Shown: positions 23,344-33,926, numbered from the stretch's first letter. The stretch is 64,000 nucleotides of DNA from a virus (IMGVR_UViG_2645727545_000002:32001-96000), one strand, 5' to 3'. Translations and numbers: made by a program. The notes: a model not told the origin generated them from the sequence alone.

Positions 23344-23591
23344 TTGATTTACCTCTTTTAATATTAATCACATCGGTATTTACAATCTTATATCACATGC
23401 AGCTCACAAACATTTTCAAATAGCGACAAATGAAATAGTTTGTTGAATCAACGTTTACAGTTTCTAAATATTTGATTTACTTTAGGTGATATTTGATTAT
23501 AAACACCAATGAAAAATCATATGCAGAACTTTATGTATCTTATTTTATTGGAGTCATGAAACATGTATAGGAAATTGTTCCGCATATGAAT

Positions 23592-23660
23592 TATGGATAA
23601 AGGATTTGAACCTTTTCTAATGCGTCACGCTTCATCGTGCTACCAGTTACACTAATCCAC
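23592..23660 (-). pseudogene. Degenerate tRNA-like element
   Basis: Acceptor GTGGAT/ATCCAT, D arm GTGT-AACTGGTA-GCAC, T arm AAAGG-TTCAAAT-CCTTT, but no canonical anticodon arm. Confidence 0.45.
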
Positions 23661-23817
23661 AACTTTTAGGATGGAAAATAGGTCATCACCACTTAAGAGA
23701 CATGTTTACACCATAAAAATTTTATTATTAAGGAAATTAAAACAAATATGAATATCAAAAAATTAACAAGAAAAGACTATGCAGCAAAGATGAATCTTAA
23801 ATTAGTAATGACCTAAA

Positions 23818-23889
23818 TGGATCATTCGGGACTTGAACCCGAACCGATCGGTTATGAGCCGATTGCGCTCACCATTGCGCCAATGATCC
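23818..23889 (-). tRNA. tRNA with CAT anticodon (elongator Met or Ile2)
   Basis: GGATCAT/ATGATCC acceptor, GCGC D stem, ATCGG-CTCATAA-CCGAT, TCGGG-TTCAAGT-CCCGA; G1:C72 so not initiator; CCA not encoded. Confidence 0.92.
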
Positions 23890-23921
23890 TTATTCTGTGC
23901 CACTCGTAGCAGCACAAATTT

Positions 23922-24104
23922 TTAATTGAAACTTCTATAAAAATCTCCTGTTTTATCAATGCTCCTACAAACCATAGATTCGATTTCTCGTTTCATTTCT
24001 TCGCCACATTCCGGACACATATGTCCTTCTCCAACGTATTCCTTCATCGACATCGTAATAACTTCTTTGTGTCCACATTTTGGACATTGAAATGGATATT
24101 TCAT
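23922..24104 (-). CDS. FmdB-like zinc-ribbon protein
   Basis: YPFQCPKCG...CPECG. Confidence 0.65.
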   Translation of the reverse strand: MKYPFQCPKCGHKEVITMSMKEYVGEGHMCPECGEEMKREIESMVCRSIDKTGDFYRSFN

Positions 24105-24109
24105 ATTAT

Positions 24110-24562
24110 TTATTTCTCCTTTTCACTCTCAAGTTCTTTTAATTGTTTCACAAGCTCTCCCAAAGTTTCGTTATCTGAATACTGTTTTACCATATTTTCA
24201 TAATACTCAATGTTTTTCCTTTTTGAGATTTCCTTATCAATTTTCTTTTTAATTTTACGTTTGAGTTTTTCGATATTATTAATACGCTCTTCCTCTTTAT
24301 GTCTTTTGGCATATGCATCCATATTCACAACACCAACAACCTGCGCAGTAGGCTTCTTACCGTATTCTTCTAAAGATACTATATCTTTTACTTCTCCCAA
24401 TACTCTTCTTTCTTTTCCACATGCATTAACAACCACAAGTGTATTTTTAAAATTTGCTGTTCTGAGTAACTCAAACTCTTCCTTATATAAAGCAAAACCA
24501 TAATCTTTATTGTTCCAATCTTCTAACAAGTTTACAATTGCTACTAAATCATATCCTGTCAT
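24110..24562 (-). CDS. Hypothetical phage protein
   Basis: 150-aa ORF with RBS. Confidence 0.65.
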   Translation of the reverse strand: MTGYDLVAIVNLLEDWNNKDYGFALYKEEFELLRTANFKNTLVVVNACGKERRVLGEVKDIVSLEEYGKKPTAQVVGVVNMDAYAKRHKEEERINNIEKLKRKIKKKIDKEISKRKNIEYYENMVKQYSDNETLGELVKQLKELESEKEK

Positions 24563-24577
24563 TGTTTATTTCTCCTT

Positions 24578-25210
24578 TTATTTTAATAATGCTTTGTCAA
24601 TAATTTGAAAGTTAGCTCTATGTATATACAATGCTTTTCCATCAATCATTAGCTTTGTCATTTTAGGTAGATCATTCGGAATCTCCCAATATACTTCTTC
24701 TCCTGAGTATGCTGTAATAGGTTGTCCAAGCTGTGATTTAATAACGACCACCCGCGACTTCCCAAACATATTTTTGTATTTATTTACAAACTCAGCAACG
24801 AATGTATTATCAGAAAATGAACCATCTGTCATACTTTTAATTCTCTCTTCGATAAAATCAACTTCGCTATTTAGTCCATCCTGTACAAAAATACAAGTAT
24901 CTCCGCAACTTTCAATTTCTTTACCGTCAATTGTAATTGTAATTACAGATGATAAATCATAATTAGTGGATATAGATCCATCACTGCTGTAACTCGTAGT
25001 CTCCACTTTGATCCCAGAAATATTGATTTTGTCTCCTGATGTTTCTAGCACCTTTGAACCATAATTATCATATGTATTAATACGATATCCATTTCCAATC
25101 AATGAACCTTTGATATCGTTAAATTCCGATTCCAACATTGCACATCCAGATAGAGCTGTAATAAAGCAACTCATTGTTACTATAGTTACAATTTTCTTAA
25201 TTTTTCTCAT
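24578..25210 (-). CDS. Lipoprotein (DUF5052-like)
   Basis: Signal peptide with LSGC lipobox. Confidence 0.65.
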   Translation of the reverse strand: MRKIKKIVTIVTMSCFITALSGCAMLESEFNDIKGSLIGNGYRINTYDNYGSKVLETSGDKINISGIKVETTSYSSDGSISTNYDLSSVITITIDGKEIESCGDTCIFVQDGLNSEVDFIEERIKSMTDGSFSDNTFVAEFVNKYKNMFGKSRVVVIKSQLGQPITAYSGEEVYWEIPNDLPKMTKLMIDGKALYIHRANFQIIDKALLK

Positions 25211-25308
25211 TCATCTATTCTCCTTCAAATTTTTATATGCCATATATAGTATTTAAACAAGTTGCAAACTACTATATATTGTGCTAAATTCCGAATGAAA
25301 TCGAGATT

Positions 25309-26348
25309 TTAACTTGATAATATCTCATCTATCATCTTATCCATCTCATATGTAAATTTGACACAATTACCATGTGAAATATGATTCTTCCAAGATTCAT
25401 AAGATTCTAGGAATTTTCCTTTTGATAACTTATTCTCTTTTACCATCTTTGCCATTTTTCGATATTTTCTTTTTCGCTTTTTCTCTTTTTTTCATTTGTA
25501 AGTTTTCTAATTACTTTTCCATCTTTTGTGACATATGTATGAAAACCACAAAATTTAATTCCGTTTTTAAAAGGTATAATCTGAGTTTTGCCGTTCAATT
25601 CAAGATTTAGTGTGTTTACAAAATCTTCTATTGCACACAAACAATATTTTGCATATTGCTTTGATTCCACAATTAAATAGAAATCATCCATGTATCTTCC
25701 ATAATATTTGACACCCAACTCTCCAGTTATAAAATGATCAAAACCAGACAAATATAATAAAGCAAATACCTGACTAACTTGATTTCCAAGAGGCAAGCCA
25801 TTTCCGCTTGTGCTATCAATAAATTTTTCACATAACCAGTACGTATCTGGATTAGATATAAAATATAAAACAATATCTTTCAGAATATTATGATCAATAT
25901 TATAGAAAAATTTTTTAATATCACCTTTAATAATCCAACAATCATATCCGTATTTCTGATATGCTAAATACATTTGATATTTCAGACAATCCAAACCAAA
26001 CAATGTTCCTTTTCCTATTTGTCCGGCATAATTCGTATATATAAATTCATTACTTAAAATAGGAAGAAGCACATTATCACATAAACTGTGCTGCACAATT
26101 TTGTCTTTAAAACTTCCTGCTTCTATAATTCTCTCTTTCGGTTCATATACTTTAAATCTGTTATATCTATCTACTTCATATTGCTTTGATTCTAAAAGTT
26201 TCTTAATTTGATAAATTCCATCAAGAGCAGATAATTCAAATTTAATTCTACTTTTCGTAAAACCTTTGCCACTTTTTGAATCTCTGTATGCTTTATATAA
26301 ATTTTCAAAATCAATAATCTTATCAAAAACTGTGCTATCTTTTATCAT
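25309..26348 (-). CDS. DGR reverse transcriptase (A-run shift near 25480; true stop at 25309)
   Basis: KERII, DKIVQH, GKGT, GDIKKFF, GLPLGNQVSQ, RYMDDF, FCGF; alternative frame adds SYESWKNHISHGN typical of DGR RT C-termini. Confidence 0.95.
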
Positions 26349-26465
26349 GATATATTTTACCTTTGTATTTATCCTGTCTAGTAAAAGACAGGAAAGGTTG
26401 TTTGCTCTTTTGATATCGGGACTCTAATTTCAGCGTTTCTCTTACTTTATTTCGTCTTCCGACCC

Positions 26466-26549
26466 AAAACGGACGAACTCCATAATCGTTCCAATTGCAA
26501 TCGTTGTAGTTCACGTTACCATTACTGTTAACAATCTGAACATAGGAAG
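26466..26549 (-). repeat. DGR template repeat (TR)
   Basis: 84 bp between avd and RT, rich in AAY codons; differs from VR1 and VR2 only at TR adenines. Confidence 0.97.
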
Positions 26550-26574
26550 TCATATAGCAAACAACCGTTAAGAA

Positions 26575-26928
26575 TCATCTTGTTTTATCTTTGTTTCTCC
26601 AGGCTATTGTCATATATTTAATATCACATATCTTCTTCTGCCAATGTTCAACTGTATCAGATCCTATAAGATTTAGATTCATTGACAATTCAACATAACA
26701 AGATAATTTATCACATGAAGAAATAGATCTAGTTTGCAAATCTAATCTCTTCTGTTTTTCTGCATTTATTTGTATTCTATTTGCGCTCATCAGGAAATCA
26801 TATATATTCATACATTCATTCTGAATTCTTTCTATAAGCGTTTTGTATTTTGCCGGATATCTCTTTTTATTCGCTGTCACGGAATATGTATATTGCATTA
26901 AGTCGATAGCTTTTGTAATAACTTCCAT
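26575..26928 (-). CDS. avd: DGR accessory variability determinant (Avd, four-helix bundle)
   Basis: YPAKYK..LIERIQ..ANRI..R..Q...HW..I..MTIAW; position between target and TR. Confidence 0.88.
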   Translation of the reverse strand: MEVITKAIDLMQYTYSVTANKKRYPAKYKTLIERIQNECMNIYDFLMSANRIQINAEKQKRLDLQTRSISSCDKLSCYVELSMNLNLIGSDTVEHWQKKICDIKYMTIAWRNKDKTR

Positions 26929-26973
26929 ATAAATCACTCCAATCTTGCTGAGTTTTGCTCTTCGAATACTTAC

Positions 26974-26995
26974 GAACAACGCTTACGCATTGTTC
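26974..26995 (-). other. Hairpin downstream of VR1 (candidate DGR homing stem-loop)
   Basis: GAACAATGC-GTAA-GCGTTGTTC on coding strand. Confidence 0.55.
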
Positions 26996-27037
26996 TGTCT
27001 TCATCTCCACAAAACGTTATCGACAAGATAAACAGAT

Positions 27038-27802
27038 TTAAGATTCGGTGATAAAAAACGGACGAACCCCAAAATCGTCCCAACTGCAAACGCTGCAGTC
27101 CACGTCACCACTACTGCCAACAAACTGAACATAGGAAGAATCTTTTCTTGATTTCGTCTGATTTGGAGTTGACAGCCAGTGTGGATAATTGATTAGTGGA
27201 AGTTTTTCACCACATTTTCTGAATAAATCAAAAGTCGGAATAGACAATACATCATCTTTTACAACACCATAATCATTAAATCCATCCATACTAAGCAAGT
27301 TATTTTCAACTGGAGTAATACTATTTCCATATTTACATTTAATGTCTTTTGCAAGCTTGCACTCTTTAAGATATTTTCTTACAGAAGATTCTGCGTAATT
27401 ATTATTGCTGCCAAAACTCATCCTCGTAAGAACTCCATACATAAAATGATATATCTTTCCATCCATTCGAATGTTTGTCCAATAATATCCAAATTCCTCT
27501 TTAAAGTGCTTGTTCATAAAATCTTTAACGGATTCTCTAAATTCATCTTCATATCTCTCTGGATCGTTACTATACCATTCTGGTACAATATCCTGATCGA
27601 CTTTATAAGTCCACTTTGAAATATCAGAAGTGATAACATATTTCTCTGGCGGAATTAATTCTGCTCTCACAAATTTCTTAGAAGCATTAAATTCATTATC
27701 TTCTATATCCAATTTTTCAAGCAAACTTGAATGACTTTCATTCTCTAAGGGTGCAAGTTCCACCCTATTCTTAAAAATAATTCCACTTTTAAACTCACAC
27801 AT
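27038..27802 (-). CDS. DGR target protein 1 (C-terminal CLec-like/DUF6273-like domain)
   Basis: Contains VR1; WLSTP...GVRPF ending. Confidence 0.9.
   Translation of the reverse strand: MCEFKSGIIFKNRVELAPLENESHSSLLEKLDIEDNEFNASKKFVRAELIPPEKYVITSDISKWTYKVDQDIVPEWYSNDPERYEDEFRESVKDFMNKHFKEEFGYYWTNIRMDGKIYHFMYGVLTRMSFGSNNNYAESSVRKYLKECKLAKDIKCKYGNSITPVENNLLSMDGFNDYGVVKDDVLSIPTFDLFRKCGEKLPLINYPHWLSTPNQTKSRKDSSYVQFVGSSGDVDCSVCSWDDFGVRPFFITES
27055..27138 (-). repeat. DGR variable repeat VR1
   Basis: 13 mismatches to TR over 84 bp, all at TR adenines. Confidence 0.97.
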
Positions 27803-27825
27803 AATTTATTTCTCCTTTTCCTTAT

Positions 27826-28419
27826 TTAGACAATTTCAATTTCTTCTCCAATCAGTTCTTCTAACTTTTCGCGCATTTCTTCCACTGTCATTTTCTTTGG
27901 TTCTTTGCGCTCCCAGATGAGTTCGAGGTTATCATCATCCATAATATGTTCGAAGTTTCTTTCATTTTTAATCTTATACACTCTGATGATGCTAAGTTGG
28001 CTTTTTGCATATCCTTGTGTTAAGTCATTCTCGTAGGCTTCGAGTCTATGGCTCCCCTCTTCTCCAATTAGCATATTTCCAACCACCATTCTCTTTCCAT
28101 AGTCCTTGCATCTGTATTCCACCACCATTCCGTCTTTTAGATCTGACTTTGTAAATTCTTTCTGCATGTAATCACTCCATTCCAGGATTTTATACCCTTT
28201 GCTTTTATAGTACTGATACGGCGAAAACTCTCCTCTGATATAGCACATTTCTTCTTCGCAGAATTTGTAATTTGTCTCTTTCAGGTAGCTTTCGCCTGAA
28301 CACCACTTCATTCCTTGCTTATGCATTTTTTCGCAAAAGTCTTTCGCTTCCTCTTCTGTCTTGCAGTGTACTGCAATCTTATTGTCTGTATCCTTAAATT
28401 CGTCCCAGTTAAATCTCAT
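27826..28419 (-). CDS. Hypothetical phage protein
   Basis: IAVHCKTEEEA, FTKSDLKDGMVV, LIWER..KKMTVEE motifs. Confidence 0.7.
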   Translation of the reverse strand: MRFNWDEFKDTDNKIAVHCKTEEEAKDFCEKMHKQGMKWCSGESYLKETNYKFCEEEMCYIRGEFSPYQYYKSKGYKILEWSDYMQKEFTKSDLKDGMVVEYRCKDYGKRMVVGNMLIGEEGSHRLEAYENDLTQGYAKSQLSIIRVYKIKNERNFEHIMDDDNLELIWERKEPKKMTVEEMREKLEELIGEEIEIV

Positions 28420-28610
28420 CTTTTTTTACCTCATTCTTCCTCTTTTATATATTTTGCTACAAACATCAATGCCCCAACTCCTAATACAAACCCGTAGAAA
28501 AATGCCTCTTCTCCAAGTTCATATAATCTGGCACCGGCTAAACAGGATGTAATCAACCCACCAATTGACATTATGTTCCAAAAAGTTTTCTCCATATGTA
28601 ATTCACCACC

Positions 28611-30074
28611 TTATCCTACAAGTTCATACTTGTTCCTTAAAAATTCACCAATATCATTTACCATGTATGTATAATTTTCTTTTTGATCTTTAATATATGT
28701 AGAATTTCTGTTAAAGAAACTTACCATCCACTCCGGAATTTCTAAATCTATGTTTGTTTCAAAGCTGTACGCAACAACAGCAAGTAAAGAATTCATGTTT
28801 TCAGGTTCAAGAAGTTTCGATGAGTTATCAACCTCTACTGTCCAGTCATCTAACTGAATTTTATATAATTCGATGTCTTCATCAATCACATCTTCTTTAA
28901 CATTTTCTTTGATAAATTCAAGAGCGTTCTGGTCTGAAGAAGCATTATCTATTACATTATTCTCTCCCACTTCGACAAGACATTCTTCATCTTCTTTAAT
29001 ATGTAAATACTCTTTCATGAGAGCAGTTAAGATGTTAATTTTCTCTTTTAAAATAGCCTTACCTTTTGTATGACGATCCTCATTTAATTTGTCAAATGTT
29101 ACTCCATTTACATCTTTTTTATATAAAGACTTTTCAAATTCTTCTACAAAATCCTTAAACTTAATATCATCTAATCCAAATTTAGCAAACTCTTTAAACA
29201 CAGGGATCCAAACAATAACATTTTTTGGCACAAACACTTCTGTGAAATTATCTTTGCACACAGATTCAATCCTGCTAAAATATTCATTTACAGTATCAAA
29301 GTGTTCTTCCGTTGCGTTCTCATTTAGATATTTGCTCATGTTCTTTATTGCACTTTTCCAGTTATCAAAGAAAAACGTTGTCATGACAGATTCACATACA
29401 AGTCTTTCTCTAATACCTTTCGATTGCTGCTTACCGGAACAAGACATACAATTTTTAAAGAATTTATTTTTCTCAGATATTGTCCTTATTTTTCTTGCAT
29501 GTAAATCAATATAAGTAAATGCTTTCTGAGATGTATTCATTCCCAAATGATTGTTGTATCTTCTCACCAATTTACTAATCTGTGACATCGTACAATGCTG
29601 ATGTATTGTAATGTCAATCTGATAATCATCAAACATTTTTTTCAATTCTGGCGGTAACATTTCATATGTTTTTCTTCTCAAATCATATTCAACAGATTCC
29701 CAAATAACTTTTCCGTATTCATCTTTACAGATTTTATTATTTTCATCTTTCTTTTTTCTCTGATATTGGATAATCGGATCTTCTAAAGTAGCTGTAATTT
29801 TATAGTTTTCATGCTTAAATTTAACCAACGCAGAACTTCTTTGCATTCCATCAACAATGTATTGCTGCACAACGTCTTCGTCCAAATCTTCTTCTCCTAA
29901 GATAATTGGTGGAATATAATCATCAGTTAATACAGTTTTGATTAACTCATTCACCATTCCATTTTCCCAACAAAACAGTCTTTGAACGTCCTGATTATCA
30001 CTAATATCTTCTTCCACAATCTTCTCTAAATAAGAATCTAGCGATAATGTCTTTTTTCTAATTTTCTTTGCCAT
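28611..30074 (-). CDS. DUF262/ParB-like domain protein
   Basis: QR..W, IPPIIL, IVDGMQR. Confidence 0.7.
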   Translation of the reverse strand: MAKKIRKKTLSLDSYLEKIVEEDISDNQDVQRLFCWENGMVNELIKTVLTDDYIPPIILGEEDLDEDVVQQYIVDGMQRSSALVKFKHENYKITATLEDPIIQYQRKKKDENNKICKDEYGKVIWESVEYDLRRKTYEMLPPELKKMFDDYQIDITIHQHCTMSQISKLVRRYNNHLGMNTSQKAFTYIDLHARKIRTISEKNKFFKNCMSCSGKQQSKGIRERLVCESVMTTFFFDNWKSAIKNMSKYLNENATEEHFDTVNEYFSRIESVCKDNFTEVFVPKNVIVWIPVFKEFAKFGLDDIKFKDFVEEFEKSLYKKDVNGVTFDKLNEDRHTKGKAILKEKINILTALMKEYLHIKEDEECLVEVGENNVIDNASSDQNALEFIKENVKEDVIDEDIELYKIQLDDWTVEVDNSSKLLEPENMNSLLAVVAYSFETNIDLEIPEWMVSFFNRNSTYIKDQKENYTYMVNDIGEFLRNKYELVG

Positions 30075-30094
30075 GATTATATTCCTCCAATTTT

Positions 30095-30720
30095 TTATTC
30101 GCACAATAACACTTTTACATTTTCATAAAGACGCATAGTCCCAAGTATATTGTCTTTATATTCTCTTTCTGTTATGTTTAATTCTTCAATAATTTCATCT
30201 TGAGTGTATCCATCGCATATGAGATCGACCGCCTTTTGTTGCTTATAAGATAAATTGCTCTTATACATTTCAATTTTATCTGTTGTGGGGTGAAGTCTAT
30301 TTATAATTTCCCCTTCTAAATTAAATCCAGAAGAAATGCCTTCTTCCAACGTGTAATCTTCATCTGGATCAACTTTCATATGTATGGATATATCTGGAAT
30401 AACTATAGGATTTCCGTCCTTATCTCTCATAATTTTTCCTTTACTATCTGTTACAAGATTACATCTTTTAAACCTTATACAATCTCTTTTCCACGTTTCT
30501 TTTCTTCTTACAAGGTTTCCATAGAAATATGTACTAAATTTACAGTTTTTCGACTCATCATATGTATCCATACTCTTCAGAAGAATATCGACAGCTTTAT
30601 CATAATAATCATCCAATACATTTTCGGGATATTTGTTTTGGAAATGATTTTGTCGCATATTTTACGAATTTTTTTCATATCATTTCCGATATAGTCTTCG
30701 AGAATTTTATTCTTGTCCAT
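30095..30720 (-). CDS. Phage sigma-factor-like protein (N-terminus frameshifted)
   Basis: YDESKNCKFSTYFY (region 2-like), LSYKQQKAV..GYTQDEI (region 4 HTH). Confidence 0.7.
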
Positions 30721-30892
30721 CTTTATGACCTCTTATACAAAATATTTAGATATCTATTTTTTATATTCGCTTTTATGAATACAACATACACCACATCTGA
30801 ATATTTGTCAATAAATATATTCACATATCTGAATATTCCTCCATTGACATATGAATATATAATGTTATAATCTAAATATTAGGAGGTGTAAT

Positions 30893-31099
30893 ATGTTTTC
30901 ATACAAACCTTTGCTGAAGCTGCTTATTGATAACGACTTAAGCAAAACTCAATTTCGTTTAGAAACCGGAATAAGTATGGCTACATTAGCCAAGATTGGT
31001 AAAGATGAATATATTTCTATGTCCACTCTTGACACCATTTGCAAATATTTCGATTGTAAAATTGAGGATGTAGTCAAATTTATCAATGATGATAAGTAG
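30893..31099 (+). CDS. Cro/C1-type HTH regulator
   Basis: SYKPLLKLL..ISMATLAKI..ICKYFDCKIEDVV; RBS AGGAGG. Confidence 0.88.
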   Translation: MFSYKPLLKLLIDNDLSKTQFRLETGISMATLAKIGKDEYISMSTLDTICKYFDCKIEDVVKFINDDK

Positions 31100-31125
31100 T
31101 TTCATACAACCTGATTCTATTATTA

Positions 31126-31776
31126 CTATGAATCAGGTTGTAATTCATCAAAGAAATCATCGTCTTCAATGATTCTTATCTCAAATCTTCTAGTACCAAG
31201 ACGATTAAAAGTCTTTTCAATATTCTTAATCCCAATCGTACATTTTGTATTGTCCAGGACAGATTGAATAATTACCAACTCATCTTTAATCTGTCTTCGT
31301 TTTTCAAGAATTTCTTTTTCCAACTTATATAATTTGTATCCATCACAACCTGACTTCCATTTTTCTAATTCAATCTGATGCATACAGTTTGACAATTCAC
31401 GATCAACATTTGCCAATTTTTTATGTAATACTGCTCTTCTTCTCGTAGCGTCTTCCACAAATTCGCTACACTGTCTTGATTTTTCGATCCACTGTACAAC
31501 CTCGTCGCACGGTATGTACGAATCTTTTCTTATGTATTTCTTCTCTTCTGATTGCACATTATCTGTTTTTGTTTTGTTCTGAGGAACTTCCTGTTCAGAT
31601 TGTGGAACAGGTTTTACTTTAAAATGAAAGTTCTTCAATACTTTTGGAAGATTCTTTAGAATATTATCCGCCTTGTCCTTTTCAAATACTTGAGCGTTGC
31701 GTTTAGAACAAGTTACAGGAGAACCATCAGAACTTAACCTAATGTACAATTTGTCGTTCGTCACGACATAATTCAT
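31126..31776 (-). CDS. Hypothetical coiled-coil protein downstream of an SOS promoter
   Basis: Long ORF; HQIE..Y..L..RR..KDE motif. Confidence 0.65.
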   Translation of the reverse strand: MNYVVTNDKLYIRLSSDGSPVTCSKRNAQVFEKDKADNILKNLPKVLKNFHFKVKPVPQSEQEVPQNKTKTDNVQSEEKKYIRKDSYIPCDEVVQWIEKSRQCSEFVEDATRRRAVLHKKLANVDRELSNCMHQIELEKWKSGCDGYKLYKLEKEILEKRRQIKDELVIIQSVLDNTKCTIGIKNIEKTFNRLGTRRFEIRIIEDDDFFDELQPDS

Positions 31777-31941
31777 TTCAACCACCCTTTCTTTTTTACT
31801 TTTCATTGCGTTATTCACTGTTTATTTCACTCCTATTTAAAAAATTGCATCAGAAATAAACGTTTAGAAACTTGTCCACACGAATAAAAAGTAAATTTCA
31901 ATATTCAGTTTTCCAATATTTGGAATTTTTAGCTGATACGC

Positions 31942-32095
31942 TTGACTACTTTGAAAAAAATATGTATTATACTAGTAGGGATAGCGCAAGCTGTTCTTAG
32001 CACTCCCATTTTTGGGAAATGCGTTTTTTGGTTTTAGAAGAGCCGGAACCGGAGGTGTTGGCGCACCTGTGATGGATTTCCGTCTCTTCTTTTTT
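31942..32095 (+). ncRNA. Putative small antisense RNA unit B
   Basis: TTGACT-17-TATTAT; terminator AGAAGAG...CTCTTCT+T run with apical GGTG-TTGGCG-CACC. Confidence 0.55.
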
Positions 32096-32113
32096 ATTAT
32101 GTTTACAAAAAGT

Positions 32114-32164
32114 ATATTAACACGAACACTTGTTCTTGTCAATAGTTGACAGAACGTTTGTTCG
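32114..32164 (-). promoter_or_regulatory. Sigma-A promoter with two LexA (Firmicutes SOS) boxes
   Basis: TTGACA-17-TAATAT with extended TG; boxes CGAACacttGTTCT (32123-36, in spacer) and AGAACgtttGTTCG (32151-64). Confidence 0.8.
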
Positions 32165-32452
32165 ATTTTTTGTTCTTTTCTGTTCTTCTGTATCCGGGAA
32201 AGGATCATGAACTAATATTGTACTCATAGTTCCGATAGGTTTTATGTTCATCAAATCTAATTGTTTTTCAGAAAACACTCTTAGCTGGTTTAAAAAGTCA
32301 TCACAAATTTTTGCTATTGTTTCAGATCGCTCGATAATATCCTTGCATTCCTGAAAAGTTTTTCTTTCAAAACCTACCACCTCATTATTTTCAAGGTCTT
32401 GTTCTGCAACTAAAACTTTTTTTCCCTTTACAGTGCTTAACAGCTTCTTCAA
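32117..32452 (-). CDS. Hypothetical protein
   Basis: ORF directly downstream of MazF. Confidence 0.45.
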   Translation of the reverse strand: MKKLLSTVKGKKVLVAEQDLENNEVVGFERKTFQECKDIIERSETIAKICDDFLNQLRVFSEKQLDLMNIKPIGTMSTILVHDPFPDTEEQKRTKNRTNVLSTIDKNKCSC

Positions 32453-32470
32453 TGTCCATCAATACATATC

Positions 32471-32843
32471 TCATGCCACATCATCTCCCCACATAAAATT
32501 TGCGTCACATGCAATCTTTATTGCACGTTTATCGTCCATAGATGTTATCTTTCCAAGGTATTTTTCTATTCTTAATTCTGAAATATTTCTTATGCATTCG
32601 CACAAAACAATAGAATCTTTTACCAACCCTGTACCTCTTCCCTTTTTGATAAGAGTATGCGTAGGTTGGTTTATCTTTTTTAATTTTGTACTAAATGGTA
32701 TAACGATGGTTGTTGCAGCGAAATGATTTCCTATATCATTCTGTACAATAATTGCTGGTCTTTTCCCGCCTTGTTCACTTCCTATAGTGTTATCTCCAAA
32801 GTCAACCATTACAATATCAAATTTTTCAAATTTTAATTTTCAT
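32471..32843 (-). CDS. PemK/MazF-family endoribonuclease
   Basis: VDFG..GSEQGGKRPAIIVQNDIGN, DSIVLCE.IR. Confidence 0.88.
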
Positions 32844-33016
32844 AATTACGCATCCTCCTTTCTCCTAATCTATGTACTTCTCTCTTTCGATATCATAAGT
32901 ATATACTCTTTACAGTATATTGTCAAGAGTATATTCAATAAAATATATTTATTTTTTAAAGAATATATGCTAAACTATATACTGTAAACAATATATAACG
33001 AACAGGTGGTGAATAC

Positions 33017-33283
33017 ATGCGCTTAGATATTAAAGATCTGGTAGATAAAAAATTTCAGAATAAAAATCAATTTGCAAAAGCGATCGGGGTCGGGTATCCT
33101 GCGGCATGTAAACTTTACGATGGAGATACAAGCAAAATAAATTTTGACACACTAGAAAGAATATGTATCGCACTAGAATGTACTCCAACTGATTTATTCA
33201 AATCTGAGGATCCAGCGTTAAATAGACTTCTTTTATATTATTGCAAGTTACATGAATCCAATGAAAAAGACGATACAGAATAA
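33017..33283 (+). CDS. Cro/C1-type HTH regulator, divergent from MazF
   Basis: NQFAKAIGVGY..LERICIALECTPTDLF. Confidence 0.85.
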   Translation: MRLDIKDLVDKKFQNKNQFAKAIGVGYPAACKLYDGDTSKINFDTLERICIALECTPTDLFKSEDPALNRLLLYYCKLHESNEKDDTE

Positions 33284-33649
33284 GTATCGTCTTACATATA
33301 TTTATTACATCTTTATTATTTCTTTAGCTTTCCTAGCTGCTATATCCCAGTTTACTTCTATCCCGGAACCAATGCTATACCATGTATCTTGGCTTTCACT
33401 GTACTGCAACACATTCCAACACCATAAGTTTGACTTTTCTTTGTGCGGTTCTAAAACTACTTTTCTCATAACATTTACACCTCCCAGATGAAAGTTAAAT
33501 TCTATTTATATTTATATGTTGATAATTTCGACATCCTCCTTTGGAACGGTATGCCAATCGTCATAGAAGTAAATATATAATAAATCTGGATTAGGATGTA
33601 CTCTATACGCAACATATTTATTTACTTCTAAAATCCCAAATTGTTGTTG

Positions 33650-33855
33650 ACCTCATAAATTATCAAAATACTGATTTACTTGCCTGTCTCTGAATTGACC
33701 TGTATACTGTCATCAGCATACAAAAAGGAAAAAGGTCTCAGAGCACCCTCCTGGAAACAGGCGGTATTGCCTAACTGACTGGTGACAGAAAGTTAAGCAA
33801 GTGAGCGTCAACTGATGTGAGCAATCTGGTGACAGCTCATGAAATCACTAACACC
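33650..33855. mobile_element. 203-bp structured non-coding insertion with ACC direct repeats
   Basis: Removal restores minus-strand ORF MVKKCLLKRF-G-QQQFGILEV...; GC-richer, GNRA hairpins. Confidence 0.6.
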
Positions 33856-33926
33856 AAATCTTTTAAGTAAACATTTCTTTACCATACAAAATCACCAACA
33901 TTTTTATATTTTTAAATAATTTTTAT

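Noticed and set aside
25309-26348. RT as retron, group II intron or Abi RT
   Set aside because: Avd, the TR/VR adenine pattern and the SQ motif identify a DGR
26335-26553. 72-aa ORF between avd and RT
   Set aside because: It is the translation of the template repeat and spacer; TR functions as RNA
33650-33855. Insertion as a group I or group II intron
   Set aside because: No U|...G boundaries in the gene's sense, no domain V, and the GNRA loops are on the antisense strand
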